A stretch of 64,000 nt of DNA from an uncultured delta proteobacterium. Its GTDB lineage: Bacteria; Desulfobacterota; Binatia; UBA9968. The notes under the pieces were generated by a model. That model was not told the origin of the DNA. It ran no database searches and worked only from the letters and a program-made list of their open reading frames with translations. Below are positions 20,039-32,777 of the stretch, one piece after another. How positions within the stretch are numbered: the stretch's first letter is position 1; each line of letters starts with the position of its first letter. Location of the stretch: positions 1,582,780-1,646,779 of the forward strand of contig CAVSHR010000004.1 of assembly GCA_963727625.1 (NCBI GenBank), in the 5' to 3' direction. A program made the translations under genes and the position numbers.

Positions 20039-20304
20039 CCTCTCCGCTTGACTTGCTCGAGGATCGCCTTGGTCATACATCCTTCGCCCGCTATCTCTGC
20101 TCCGCTTCGACATAACTCCGCCAGTAATTGTTTTCCGGCGTCGTCGATAAATGTCACCTGTTTCAAAACCAGCCCAACCTCCCCCTGCGCCGCCACAAGG
20201 CACTGCCAGCAGTCTCGCAGCTCAGCAACCCAAGGCCCGCTAAGCCGTCCTTCGAGCTCCAAGATCGTGGTTGATCCCTGCCCATGCGCGGTGATTTTCA
20301 GCAT
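20035..20304 (-). CDS. STAS-like domain protein
   Basis: MLKIT..LELEGRLSGPWVAEL..L..VTFIDDAG. Confidence 0.75.
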   Translation of the reverse strand: MLKITAHGQGSTTILELEGRLSGPWVAELRDCWQCLVAAQGEVGLVLKQVTFIDDAGKQLLAELCRSGAEIAGEGCMTKAILEQVKRRG

Positions 20305-20320
20305 AGTTTACAACGCCGCC

Positions 20321-20734
20321 TTACATTAGATCGCCGTCGACAACGGCGACAAAAACCCCTTCGAGCCGACCTTTGCCTTCGACAAACGCCCGATCCATCG
20401 CGAACCGCTCGATGCCATAACGATCGAACCAGGCCACCGCCACCAGACCGCCGTCACTGTCGTAGAGATCGAGATAATCGGCCAATCTCGACGTCGCCGG
20501 ATCGTCGTACAAAACCACCGTACCAAGCCGCATGCCGCCGGCGACAAGCGGCGAAAACTTGACGATGCTGGACGGCCGCCGCGGCAGCTCCGACGCGGCA
20601 ATGAGATAATGCTTCCCTGTCTCGAATTCGCCGGCGCTGGCAGTCACCGCGGCAACTGTCACAAAGATGATTGCGCCCAAAACAAGCATCCCGACTTTGA
20701 CCCCGCTTGTTGGAAACTGTTTTTTAAGTGCCAT
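20321..20734 (-). CDS. Hypothetical exported protein
   Basis: SD GGGGAG, hydrophobic N-terminus ending ..TASA; co-oriented in operon. Confidence 0.6.
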   Translation of the reverse strand: MALKKQFPTSGVKVGMLVLGAIIFVTVAAVTASAGEFETGKHYLIAASELPRRPSSIVKFSPLVAGGMRLGTVVLYDDPATSRLADYLDLYDSDGGLVAVAWFDRYGIERFAMDRAFVEGKGRLEGVFVAVVDGDLM

Positions 20735-20786
20735 CGCCAGTTCTCCCCATTTGATCGCATTCCCCCGCACTTCTTGCGGCGCCCGC

Positions 20787-20951
20787 TCAACGCACATTGC
20801 GGACAAGATTCGCCGCCGCCCGTACGGCGCCAAGTCCGTACTCCGCCGTCACTGAAATCAGTGCTGCCTCAAAACCTTGTATCTGCACTCGTGCCAGCAG
20901 CGCCGCGCCGACCGACAACAAACCCGTTAGCATCGATATTTCGAATTTCAT
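20787..20951 (-). CDS. Small hydrophobic protein (54 aa), not in ORF track
   Basis: SD GGAGG, then MKFEISMLTGLLSVGAALLARVQIQGFEAALISVTAEYGLGAVRAAANLVRNVR; first gene after the sigma54 promoter. Confidence 0.55.
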   Translation of the reverse strand: MKFEISMLTGLLSVGAALLARVQIQGFEAALISVTAEYGLGAVRAAANLVRNVR

Positions 20952-20996
20952 TGGTTCCTCCGACTTCGCTTTCTGTTTGCGTCGACATTCAATATG

Positions 20997-21012
20997 GCAA
21001 GTTGAATGCCAA
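20997..21012 (-). promoter_or_regulatory. Sigma54 (-24/-12) promoter
   Basis: Minus strand TTGGCATTCAACTTGC: GG-N10-GC with TTGC. Confidence 0.72.
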
Positions 21013-21394
21013 CCGCCGGGGTTGGTTTCCGTGAAGCCAAGTGATGAAAATCACGCAAGTTGTTCGCCATTTAGATTCGTTGAGAAGCCGCCGTGACGAA
21101 TATAGCGTGACGACCATTCGGCACGCGCCGAAATCCAGGCTCAATTCCAAGCCTCGCCAGCTGATTAGGCGGGGAATAAGTTAACGATGCTGACGAGCCT
21201 TACTCGCCGCCCCGCTGTCAGGATTTTTATAGACACTGCCATTGAAGCTCGCGCCTGGGGAAGGACACGCTCGAAAACCGGCTTGGCGGCGCTCGCAGGA
21301 GGCGCTGTAGACCGGCGGTCAAAACGACACGGGGCCGAATCAACTGCTCGCCAGCCGAAGCTCTGTAAAACCTCGTTGAAAAGCAGGCAAAGCG

Positions 21395-21461
21395 TGCCGC
21401 ACTCGTCGAGCATCCAATGGGTGATCACCGCGCGGCTTTGGAAATTGTAGTATAGCCTCAT
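21395..21461 (-). pseudogene. N-terminal remnant of a glutathione S-transferase
   Basis: SD GAGGTG + MRLYYNFQSRAVITHWMLDECG, then similarity is lost. Confidence 0.55.
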
Positions 21462-21876
21462 CGCGTCACCTCTCATCGAAAAGAATGAGCCGACTGTCTT
21501 TTTTCAGCGTGTGAAGGAAACGGTTAGGATCAACCCATTGCGGCAAACTTAATTTAGACCCGGGGTTGGCGCCGCAAAGTCTGACGTTGAAGTCCCCGTC
21601 CCAGCGGTGAGGACCGTATTGATCTTCGGCCGGTCCGACCGTTCACAAATCCTCGGATTTTGGTTAATCTAGAAGCCGAGAGGAAAACAATCATGCGCCA
21701 CAAAAGGATTGGCTTCCGGCCGGCCGCTGGAACTCAGCGCTGGCGGCTTCGAGAATCGGAGCTTGAGCGAAATTTTCTCAATGATTTTGGATTCCCTCGA
21801 TGCGTCTCGAACTCATCGCCGGATTCCTGGAAAAGTCTTTCAGCAGCGGCCTCGTGAATAGTTGAAGGAGTCTGGT

Positions 21877-22476
21877 ATGTGGAGGCACCCGGCCGTCAAT
21901 TTGGGTTTTCTCATCCTCGTATTAATCTTCTTCTCGCTCCAACATCCCGCCACGGAATTTGGCCCCTCCGCGCCTAGCCGGGCCGTGACCGACAGCGGCG
22001 CGCAGCAGATATCCGAGTGGATATTGGGCGGTCAGTTTCCACGGAGCTTGCACGCGACCGAAGACTTCAACCGCGCCGCCGACATGGTCAAGCAAACCTG
22101 GCACCGGGTCGAGATTTTTAACGAATGGATGATGGAGTACAACACGTCCCAGTGGAAAATTTATCGCGCATCGAGCAGCGCCGAGACGGATCTTCTCGAG
22201 ACAAGATATCACGTCGCCAACGCCGAGGTTTTCACCGAGGCGTTGGGCGAGAAAAAGCGCGCAATCAAAGAACTCGGCCGCGCCGAACAATCTCTCCAGG
22301 CAGCGCAAAAAATGGTCAAGAGCTATTTATCTCCCCAACTGACTACCATCCAAGACGAGATCAAGGCCGAAGAAATCAACGAACAAACCGCAGAGACTTT
22401 CTCCGCCCAACCGTTCGACGCGATCAAAGCGAACCTGGACCACGTGATCGAGAGCCTGCGCTTGTCAAGAACATGA
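21877..22476 (+). CDS. Hypothetical membrane-anchored helical protein
   Basis: SD AAGGAG, N-terminal hydrophobic helix, long open frame. Confidence 0.6.
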   Translation: MWRHPAVNLGFLILVLIFFSLQHPATEFGPSAPSRAVTDSGAQQISEWILGGQFPRSLHATEDFNRAADMVKQTWHRVEIFNEWMMEYNTSQWKIYRASSSAETDLLETRYHVANAEVFTEALGEKKRAIKELGRAEQSLQAAQKMVKSYLSPQLTTIQDEIKAEEINEQTAETFSAQPFDAIKANLDHVIESLRLSRT

Positions 22477-22794
22477 GAGCAGTCGAATCCCGCCATTCCC
22501 ATCCAAGGTCAAGAGCTCGGAGCTTCCACGCTGGAGTCCGCCCAAGAGATAGGGTAAAATTTTAACTCTGCGCGCTCAGTGCCTCTGCGGTGAGAATGCC
22601 GTCGCAGTAAAAATAGTGACGGGTTTATCCGATCGACAAGATTCCCCGAGCAATCCACTTGCCGGATAATTCGATCGTGCGCCCAACCGCAGGTTTGCCG
22701 AGTGACGCTTGACATTCAAGCTGATAAACTAATTGAATTTACTAGCCAAACCCTATGATGAATGCGCCTTTATCTTTAAGGGAAAATCATCACC

Positions 22795-24549
22795 GTGATT
22801 AACATCAACCAACTTTCCAAGTCGTATTTCGCCCGCGAGCTCTTCACCGACGTCACTTTGCAGATGAATGCAGGCGAGCGCCTGGCCTTGGTCGGACGAA
22901 ACGGCCACGGCAAATCCACCCTCTTTAAACTCATTTTAGGACAAGAAGAGCCCGACTCCGGAGCGATCACGATCCCGCGAAACTATCGCATCGGCCATCT
23001 CGATCAGCATCTCCACTTTATCCAGCCGACGATTTTGGAAGAAGCGGCGTTAGGGTTGCCGGACGAAGAGTCCCATTCCATCTACAAGGTCGAAGCGATC
23101 TTGTTCGGTCTGGGATTCTCCCATGCTGATCTCGAAAAAGCGCCTCGCGAGTTTTCCGGCGGTTTTCAAATTCGCATCAACCTGGCGAAACTCCTGCTCT
23201 CCGAGCCCAACTTGCTATTGCTTGACGAACCGACCAACTACCTCGACATCACGTCGGTCCGTTGGATCGCCAGATTTTTGACGAATTTTAGAGGCGAGAT
23301 GATTTTGATTTCCCACGATCGCGACTTTCTGGACAGCGTCACGACCCACACCGCGGTGATCCATCGCCAGAAAATCCGCAAATTCGAGGGCGGCACCGCC
23401 AAGGCCTACGCGCAAATCGTTCTCGAAGATGAGATTCACGAAAAGACCCGCGCCAACGAGGATCGCAAACGGGCTCATGCCGCGGCTTTTATCAACCGGT
23501 TTCGCGCCCAAGCCTCAAAGGCCAAAATGGTGCAGTCGCGCATCAAGATGCTCGAAAAACTCCCCAAACTCGACGGGCTGGCCGATATCGAGTCCTTGGA
23601 CTTCGAATTTCGCCACGCCGTCTTTGCCGCCAAAACCTTGCTCGAGGCACGCAATCTATCGTTCGGCTACACGCCCGGTCATCCTTTATTTCGCCACATC
23701 AACCTGACCGTCAACGCGCGCGACCGATTCGGCGTGATCGGCAACAACGGCAAGGGCAAATCGACTTTGTTAAATGTCCTGTCCGGCGGCCTTAAACCGG
23801 CGACCGGCGAGCTCAAGGCTCATCCTGACATGAAACTGGGATACTTCGGCCAAACCAATATTCAACGGCTCAATCACAAGTTGACCATCGAACAAGAAAT
23901 CGAACAGACCAATCCGGCACTGACGCGCACCCAGGTGCGAAACATCTGCGGCACGATGATGTTCGGCGGCGACTTGGCGTTAAAGAAAGTCTCCGTGCTG
24001 TCCGGCGGCGAGAAAAGCCGAGCCCTCCTGGGCAAGATCCTCGCGCACCCTTCCAACTTGCTTCTGTTGGACGAGCCCAACAACCACCTCGACATGGAAT
24101 CTATCGATGCCTTGATCGAGAGCCTGCAAGACTTCCCCGGTGCGCTGTTGATCGTCACCCATAACGAACGGATTCTTCGCGCCCTGGCCACCAAGCTGAT
24201 CGTCTTTCACCGCGGCAAGGTCGATGTTTTCGACACGGGTTACGACGAATTTCTGGAAAAGATCGGCTGGGAAAATGAAAACGACGGGAACGGCGCACGG
24301 AAGAAGCCGACGACGCGCAATGATTACAACGAGAAAAAAGAACGGGAGAAAGCGGAGCGCAGGGAAAAAGCCAGAATCGAGAAGATCGAGGCCCAGATCC
24401 TGAAAAGTGAAAACGTGTTAAAGCAATATAACGATCAACTGGTAATCGAAGCCAATCGTCAGAATCTCGCTCAGATGACCGACCTGTCCAAGAAAATCGG
24501 CCAGGTAAAACAGGAAATCGAGGATTTGTATCGCGAGTACGCGAGGTAG
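22795..24549 (+). CDS. ABC-F family ATPase (Uup/YheS-like)
   Basis: Two ABC domains (GRNGHGKST/FSGG/LLLDEPTN and GNNGKGKST/LSGGE/LLLDEPNN), no TM, coiled-coil tail. Confidence 0.92.
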   Translation: MININQLSKSYFARELFTDVTLQMNAGERLALVGRNGHGKSTLFKLILGQEEPDSGAITIPRNYRIGHLDQHLHFIQPTILEEAALGLPDEESHSIYKVEAILFGLGFSHADLEKAPREFSGGFQIRINLAKLLLSEPNLLLLDEPTNYLDITSVRWIARFLTNFRGEMILISHDRDFLDSVTTHTAVIHRQKIRKFEGGTAKAYAQIVLEDEIHEKTRANEDRKRAHAAAFINRFRAQASKAKMVQSRIKMLEKLPKLDGLADIESLDFEFRHAVFAAKTLLEARNLSFGYTPGHPLFRHINLTVNARDRFGVIGNNGKGKSTLLNVLSGGLKPATGELKAHPDMKLGYFGQTNIQRLNHKLTIEQEIEQTNPALTRTQVRNICGTMMFGGDLALKKVSVLSGGEKSRALLGKILAHPSNLLLLDEPNNHLDMESIDALIESLQDFPGALLIVTHNERILRALATKLIVFHRGKVDVFDTGYDEFLEKIGWENENDGNGARKKPTTRNDYNEKKEREKAERREKARIEKIEAQILKSENVLKQYNDQLVIEANRQNLAQMTDLSKKIGQVKQEIEDLYREYAR

Positions 24550-24632
24550 ATTCTCCCGATTGGACGTACCCCCCCACGGAGATTTCCAAACGGAAAATTT
24601 GTTTAGATTTACAGGCAAAACCTTAAATAGGC

Positions 24633-25928
24633 TTAGCGCTTGGCCGGCGGCGTTATGCGCAGGATCTGCCCGTCGCCAGAGTCGGTGAGAAGATAGAGCG
24701 AGCCATCCGGCGCCTGGCGTACGTCGCGGATGCGCTCTCGTAGATCTCCCAGGTAACGTTCTTCCTGCGCCACTTTGCCGTCCTTTATAACCAGCCGCAC
24801 CAACCCACCCGGCGTGAGCGAGCCGACGAGAAAGTTGTTCTTCCAGCCCGCGAACAGATCGCCCGTGTAGATGGTCATGCCAGAGGGTGCGATCACCGGA
24901 TCCCAATAGTAGACCGGCTGCTCCATCCCTGGTTTCGCCGTGCCTTCGCCGATTTTCAAAAGGGTATAGTGGGTGCCATAGGAGATGACGGGCCAGCCGT
25001 AATTTTTGCCGGCTTCCGGATGATTCAGCTCGTCGCCGCCGCGCGCGCCATGCTCCACGGTCCAGAGCTGGCCGGTCTCGGGATCGAGCGCGGCGGCTTG
25101 GACGTTGCGATGCCCATAGGACCAGATCTCCGGCCGCGCGCCGTCGCGATTGACGAACGGGTTGTCGCGCGGCGCCGAGCCGTCTGGGTTGATCCGCACG
25201 ACTTTGCCGAGCGTCGCGGACAGATCCTGAGCCCTCTCGGAGTGATTGAATCGTTCCCCCAATGTCACGAACAGCGTGCCGTCCGGACGAAAAACGATTC
25301 TCGATCCCCAGTGGTTGGAGCCGCCGACTTTGGGTTGCTGACGCCAAATCACCTGCGTGTTTTCCAACCCGCGACTGCCGAGCCGCCCGCGGGCGACTGC
25401 TGTACCTGCACCGCCTTCGCCGGCTTCGGCAAAAGAGAGATAAACAAGCCGATCCCTGTCGAAGGTCGGACTCAGCGCTATGTCTAAAAGCCCACCTTGC
25501 CCGCTCGCATAGACCTGCGGCACACCGCCGAGCGGTTCAGAGAGCCGTCCGTCCGTTTCCACGATGCGCAAGCGCCCCGGACGTTCGGTGACGAGCATCC
25601 GCTTGTCCGGCAAGAATTCGAGCCCCCAGGGATGATCGAGCCCTTTGGCGATCGTCTGCACTTGAACAACGCCTGTTACCGACTCCGGCGCCGGCGAGCG
25701 CGGCGCCTGCCCTTGCACCGGCCCCGGCGCACACCCCGTGAGCCAAACAACCAGCAGGGACAGTCTCAGGCAATCGGCGATCAGCGACGAGCAATAGGGT
25801 TTCGACTTCAACCGCGTGACACGGGTGGTCCCGAACGAAACAGCACGTTTACCCAGTAGCATGCATTTTACTCCTTGGATAACCCACACTGTTGAAATTG
25901 GGTTCGGTGCGAACATGGTCTCTGCCAT
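24633..25928 (-). CDS. PQQ-dependent aldose sugar dehydrogenase (GSDH/YliI family), start uncertain
   Basis: [54 protein letters not shown]; possible lipobox LTGC. Confidence 0.9.
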   Translation of the reverse strand: MAETMFAPNPISTVWVIQGVKCMLLGKRAVSFGTTRVTRLKSKPYCSSLIADCLRLSLLVVWLTGCAPGPVQGQAPRSPAPESVTGVVQVQTIAKGLDHPWGLEFLPDKRMLVTERPGRLRIVETDGRLSEPLGGVPQVYASGQGGLLDIALSPTFDRDRLVYLSFAEAGEGGAGTAVARGRLGSRGLENTQVIWRQQPKVGGSNHWGSRIVFRPDGTLFVTLGERFNHSERAQDLSATLGKVVRINPDGSAPRDNPFVNRDGARPEIWSYGHRNVQAAALDPETGQLWTVEHGARGGDELNHPEAGKNYGWPVISYGTHYTLLKIGEGTAKPGMEQPVYYWDPVIAPSGMTIYTGDLFAGWKNNFLVGSLTPGGLVRLVIKDGKVAQEERYLGDLRERIRDVRQAPDGSLYLLTDSGDGQILRITPPAKR

Positions 25929-25974
25929 TTCTCTGAAAGCATAAAACGGGAAATATGGCGGTTCAACCAGCGAA

Positions 25975-26185
25975 TTGAATGATAATGCGCGCCGCGAAGA
26001 AGAAATCGAGACGTGACAAAGCCGAGTACAGGGAAAAGGCAGAATCGAAAAGCTCGAAGCCCAGTCCTAAAAAGCGAAAACACGTTAAAGAAACAGGGCG
26101 AGCAACTCGGCAGCGAAGCGAATGGTAATAATCTCATCCGGATTGCCGAACTGCCCAGGAAAGTCAGCCAGGTGAAACAAGTCCA
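25975..26185 (+). pseudogene. Degenerate copy of the ABC-F 3' end
   Basis: Aligns with ~24316-24515 (LKSENTLKKQGEQLGSEAN..KVSQVKQ vs LKSENVLKQYNDQLVIEAN..KIGQVKQ) with indels. Confidence 0.8.
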
Positions 26186-26430
26186 GACTGATTTTGCTGA
26201 AAAAGTCCGGTTTCAAAAATTCCGGGGAAATTATTTCGCTCACAGATGCTTTCTAACGCACGATTAGAGCTTGGTTACTCATTCTTTTCATCCCGAGTTT
26301 TCGTGAATAGGTGTTTTTCAGCAGAATCGATAACTCGACTATCGTTCATTCGCCTAGCGCCGATCGCCCGACGGCTATAGACTGCCATCACGCTTATCAC
26401 CGCAAACATACCTTACCTCTCCCAACCGTG

Positions 26431-26580
26431 TCAGAGACGACTCATTCTTCTTCTCCGCCAACTGCGCGCGCAGGCGCTCTTCTTGCTTTCGCAGTTCGGG
26501 AGTGAAGTCGTCACCGAAGTCCTCCGGTTCCAACACCGGGCAAATTTCGATCTCGGTGTCTTCGTTATGCGGGTTGGGGT
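26431..26580 (-). pseudogene. C-terminal remnant of a YciI/DGPF-family protein
   Basis: PNPHNEDTEIEICPVLEPEDFGDDFTPELRKQEERLRAQL; 5' part absent. Confidence 0.6.
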
Positions 26581-26584
26581 GCTC

Positions 26585-26848
26585 TCAGCCGTCGACCAGA
26601 AAGACCGCCTCCGGCAACTTGGCGTTGGGATCATGCCGGCGGGCTTGGGCGTGGATGCTCGCCATCTTCTGCTTGCAGCGAATCCGATCGTCGATGCGAA
26701 AGAGAAAGAATACTTCGTTCGGCTCATCGTCATTTAACCAGAGGTCTTCCATGACCCAGCCGTCCTCGGCATGGGCGGCGGCATCGATCTCGATCTGCCG
26801 TTTGACGTTTGCGATCTTGACGCCGGTAAGCTGCAACACGTGAGCCAT
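26585..26848 (-). CDS. Small hypothetical protein (87 aa)
   Basis: SD AGGAGG before ATG 26848; LWLNDDEPNEVFFLF suggests a ferredoxin-like alpha/beta fold. Confidence 0.6.
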   Translation of the reverse strand: MAHVLQLTGVKIANVKRQIEIDAAAHAEDGWVMEDLWLNDDEPNEVFFLFRIDDRIRCKQKMASIHAQARRHDPNAKLPEAVFLVDG

Positions 26849-26915
26849 CGCGAATAACCTCCTAATGACCAACTGAGGTATAAGAATGGGACGGAAAATT
26901 GCGCCGTCGGTAGGA

Positions 26916-29002
26916 TTAGTTTGCGCGGGCGATGCCGAGCTTCTTCATCCGCGACTGCAGCGTGGTGCGCTTCATGCCGAGCCTGACCGCGGCGCCGGTC
27001 GGGCCGCCGATCACCCAATCGGTCTCCGCCAAGCGCGTGATATGCTCTCGCTCGGCGTGCTCCAGGGTGGCAAGACCGTTGGAAGAAACCATCGGCGCGG
27101 CGTTGGCTCTTTGCTTCAGCTCGGCAAGCGGAACTTGCAGCTCCGCGCCGCGCGAAAGGATGACCGCGCGTTCAATAAAGTTTTCCAGTTCGCGTATGTT
27201 GCCGGGCCAGTGATACTCGGTCAGCGCCGTCATCGACTTTGCCGGTATCGTGTCGATCGATTTCTTCATGCGGCGCGCGTATTTCTGCGCGAAGTAGCGC
27301 ACCAGCAGCGGGATATCTTCGCGGCGCTCGCGCAGCGGCGGGATCACGATGGGAAAAACGTTGAGCCGGTAGTAGAGGTCGGCGCGGAATTGATTGTCAG
27401 CGACCTTGCGGGCCAGATCCACGTTGGTGGCGGCCACCAGGCGGACGTCCACGTGGAGGGTGCGCCCGCTGCCCAAGCGCTCGAACTCCTGCTCCTGAAG
27501 AACCCGCAAAAGTTTCGGCTGCAGCTCGAGCGGAATGTCGCCTACCTCGTCGAGAAACAGCATGCCGCGATGGGCCAGCTCGAAACGGCCGACCCGTTGC
27601 GCGATGGCGCCGGTAAATGCGCCCTTCTCATGGCCGAACAACTCGCTTTCCAGCAACCCGGTCGGAATCGCCGCGCAATTGACTTTGACCAGGGTGCGTT
27701 CGCGCCGCGCGCTCAAATCATGGATGGCGCGGGCGATCAGCTCCTTACCCGTGCCGGTCTCGCCGAGGATGAGGATGGTCGAATCGGTCGGCGCCACGGT
27801 TTGCAACTGCTCTAAAATATTTCTCAAGGCCGGACTGTCGCCGATGATCTCTTCGAAATCGTATTTCGAGCGGATCTCATCCTGCAAGTAAAGCTTCTCT
27901 TCCCTGAGTTTGTCGGCCCGCTCCACTTCGCGGCGATAGGCCAGCGAATTTTCCACCGCGATGGAAATCTGCTTGGCCACGTGCTCCAGCAAGCGCGCAT
28001 CCTTCTCGGGAAACACGTCGTCGGTCAGGCTGGCGACCACCAAGGTACCCAGCGGCCTGCCGTGCGAAATCAGCGGCAGGCAGTAGGCGGACTTGAGTCC
28101 CTCCGCGAGAATGCGCCGGGCGATGTCGGAGCCGAACTGCTCGATGTCCGCTCGGCTGATGTACACCGGCCGGCGGGTTTTGATCGCCCGGCCGGTGGGC
28201 GACCCTTCGACGGGGACTTTCAGCCCCTCCTGAAGCATTCCCTTGCTCACCGAAAAATCCAACGCATGAATTTGCAGGCTGTCGGTTTCCGCGTCATAGA
28301 GCGAAAGACTCGCGTATTCATGGGCCATCAGACGCCGCAGCGAACCCGACACGGCGTTGAGCAGCTCGTGCAGATCGAGCACCGAGACAATGGCATTGTT
28401 CACTTCCAGCAGGATGCCGAGCCGGTCGCGTTCCTCTTTGAGCTGGTCCTGCACCGATTGCGCCTGTTCGAAGTTGAGCGCGTTATCCACCGCCACCGCC
28501 ACCTGGCGCGCGACCTGTTGCAAAAAAATCACGTCGCTTTCTGAATAGGCGCCAGCCGTCCTGCTGCCAAAAGCCAGCGCGCCGAGCGTTCTCAGCGCGG
28601 TGGTCACCGGCACAATGCAGAGCGATTGAACGCCCCGGTCGCTGAGCCACTGGGAAAGCTCCGGGAATCGGCCGTCGCCGGCGAGTTGAGCGGCAACCCA
28701 GGGTTTCTGGTTCTGCCAGCCCCACTCGCCGGCGGGTTCCATGGGGCATGCGCCGTCGGGGCAACTGCAAGAAGGATCCGACGTTTCCAGAACGTGGAAT
28801 TTCATTAACTTACGCATCGGTTCGTGAAGTATCAGATTGGCAAAATCAAAACGCACGACACTATGCAAATGCGGCGCGAGCTGGTTGAAGAGCTGGCCTA
28901 AATCTCTTTGCGACGCGATCGCGCTTCGGAAATCTCGAGGGGCGCCTGATACTGGCTGTGCAGAGGATCCACAAGCCGTTGGTCGATAGTATCGTCCTTC
29001 AC
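26916..29002 (-). CDS. FhlA-like sigma54 activator (2xGAF-AAA-HTH), probable frameshift near 28920
   Basis: GETGTGKE, GAFTGA, FLDEVG, WPGNIREL, HTH; natural N-terminus (GTG 29002 ..YQAPLEISEA) is out of frame with the main ORF (IASQRDL..). Confidence 0.85.
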
Positions 29003-29354
29003 GCCGAACGGAGTGTACAACGATCACCCGGCGAGCAAAACGGCCGGCGCAGTAAGCGCATTACTCTTAACCAACGATTAACCGTCAATCGCCGCTGTGG
29101 GAGGCGATATCAGCCGCTCTGCAAGGCACGCGTCTCTGGTACGAACACACGAGATATTTGCCGCGCACCGGCGCTGCTCTTAGCAAACACGATCCGGAGA
29201 TTTCACCGCGTCGACCGCCAGCCTTACCGCTCGGTGCAAACATTGCGCCGGCGCTGTTCAAACACCGGCGAGCTGGAGATATTTTCTCTTCCTGACTCGT
29301 TGCCCAAGACTGCACAGTTAAAGTCCGGCTCTATCTTTTCTACCCACTTCCTTA

Positions 29355-31292
<1,938 letters not shown>

Positions 31293-31514
31293 GGATGCCC
31301 TTTCCCCTATGATAAGCAAAGCACTTTGAACGAGACCCAACAAGAGGGATTACGCCGCCAGCGGCAAGCCGGAGCGGCAAGGATGAGGCTCAAGGATGGG
31401 GTTAATCCGATCGGTCAGCCGGCGGCAAGACCAGTCTTTAAAATCGATCGCTTCCGCGCGAGCGCATACCCATCGCAGGGTAAAAACACCGCATCTCTCC
31501 GGCATTGCCAAGCG

Positions 31515-31920
31515 CTACAAGTTCATTTTTCCCAGCGCCTCTTGCAGCTGCGTCGAGGCTTCTTTTTCAGCCGCCGCCGTAGCCTTGGTTTACTTGACCT
31601 GGTCTTTTGCTGCCGCGGCGATCTCTGTCAACTGTTCGCCAAGCTCAGGCGACTGAGCAGAAAAGTCTTTCAACTCACGGTTCTTTAATAGTTCGTTGTC
31701 AGCCGCCGCGGCTTGATTCTCGCTCTGCGCCGACCGGCCAATGACATCGCCAAATTCTTTGAGCGCAAGTTTAAGCGGCGCGTTTAGCTCCACACCGATG
31801 CCGGCAGTTTGCGTCGCCTTGAGCGGCGGGCTTTCCGGCAAATCGGGGATCACGATCAGCGTCCCCTCCCGGCATTGTCGAAAGATCGCGGATATGCGGG
31901 TTAGCCTTCAGCTGCGTATT
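31515..31920 (-). pseudogene. Remnant of a hypothetical protein with a LysM-like segment
   Basis: ANPHIRDLSTMPGG/LIVIPDLP followed by a helical tail; frameshift plus in-frame TAA at 31590-31592. Confidence 0.4.
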
Positions 31921-31924
31921 CCGG

Positions 31925-32467
31925 TCTTTTCCGGTCGCCTTCGCCGCCCGCGAAATGTTTCCGTTAGGCTCGGCCAGCGGGTTGGCGACGTAGCCGCTCT
32001 CGAACTCCCCCATAACAAGGGTCTTCGCACGCTGCAGAGATTCGTGCGCTAATAGGTCACGCGATGTTCCCTCAAGAAGTTCGATATCTGCGCGTGCAAT
32101 GCATCACTCCTGTTCAAGAGCAAGGCTCTCCGAATCACTCCGTCAAGTTCGCGAACGTTGCCAGGCCAAGTATAGTTGAGTCATTTTTGCCGCGCCGCTG
32201 CCGACAGATGAGGGCGACCGCCATTGCCCCGGGCGGCATAGAGGTCAGAAAGGGCTCGGCCAAATGGAGCGCGTCCGTACCGCGCTCCCGTAATGACGAC
32301 ACTGAAACGGTCAAGACATTCAAGCAGTAAAACAAATCTTCGTGAAACTGCTTGAGGACTACTTCTTCCTTTAAGTTTGAATTGGTCGCGGCTATCACCC
32401 GGACATCGGCAATCATCGAACGCGAAGAGCCTAACGGCCTATACTCGCCATCTTGGAGAAACCGCAC
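31925..32467 (-). pseudogene. Degenerate C-terminal half of a sigma54 activator
   Basis: RFLQDGEYRPLG..VRVIAATN..DLFY, WPGNVREL and GNISRAAK split across frames. Confidence 0.75.
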
Positions 32468-32742
32468 ATGAGTTCCGTATCGATACTGGAGCAGTAGACA
32501 AAGTCATCCGCCTCCGACACCGTTAAGTTCTAGCCAAGTGTGCGCTCCCGCCGGAATCTTATTGTACCGAGTCATGATCTGACGGATTCATTTTGGTGAA
32601 GGAAAGAAACGCGTTGCCGACTTCAACTGTCTCTTAAAATCCGTAAAGTGCTGCCGGGACAATGGTGATTCGAAGCGGAAGCAAGTCGAGAACAATGAGA
32701 CAATCGCACATCATGGCGACGTCGCCCGCCGAACGAATTCGT

Positions 32743-32755
32743 TGACACTGTGTCA
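32743..32755. promoter_or_regulatory. Palindromic operator overlapping a TTGACA -35 box
   Basis: TGACAC-T-GTGTCA just upstream of the GAF-sigma54 activator. Confidence 0.4.
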
Positions 32756-32777
32756 GCGATTATGTAAGGCAACGGTA

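Noticed and set aside
21660-21857. Small plus-strand ORF (MRHKRIGF...)
   Set aside because: Only a possible SD, no motif or other support; left uncalled
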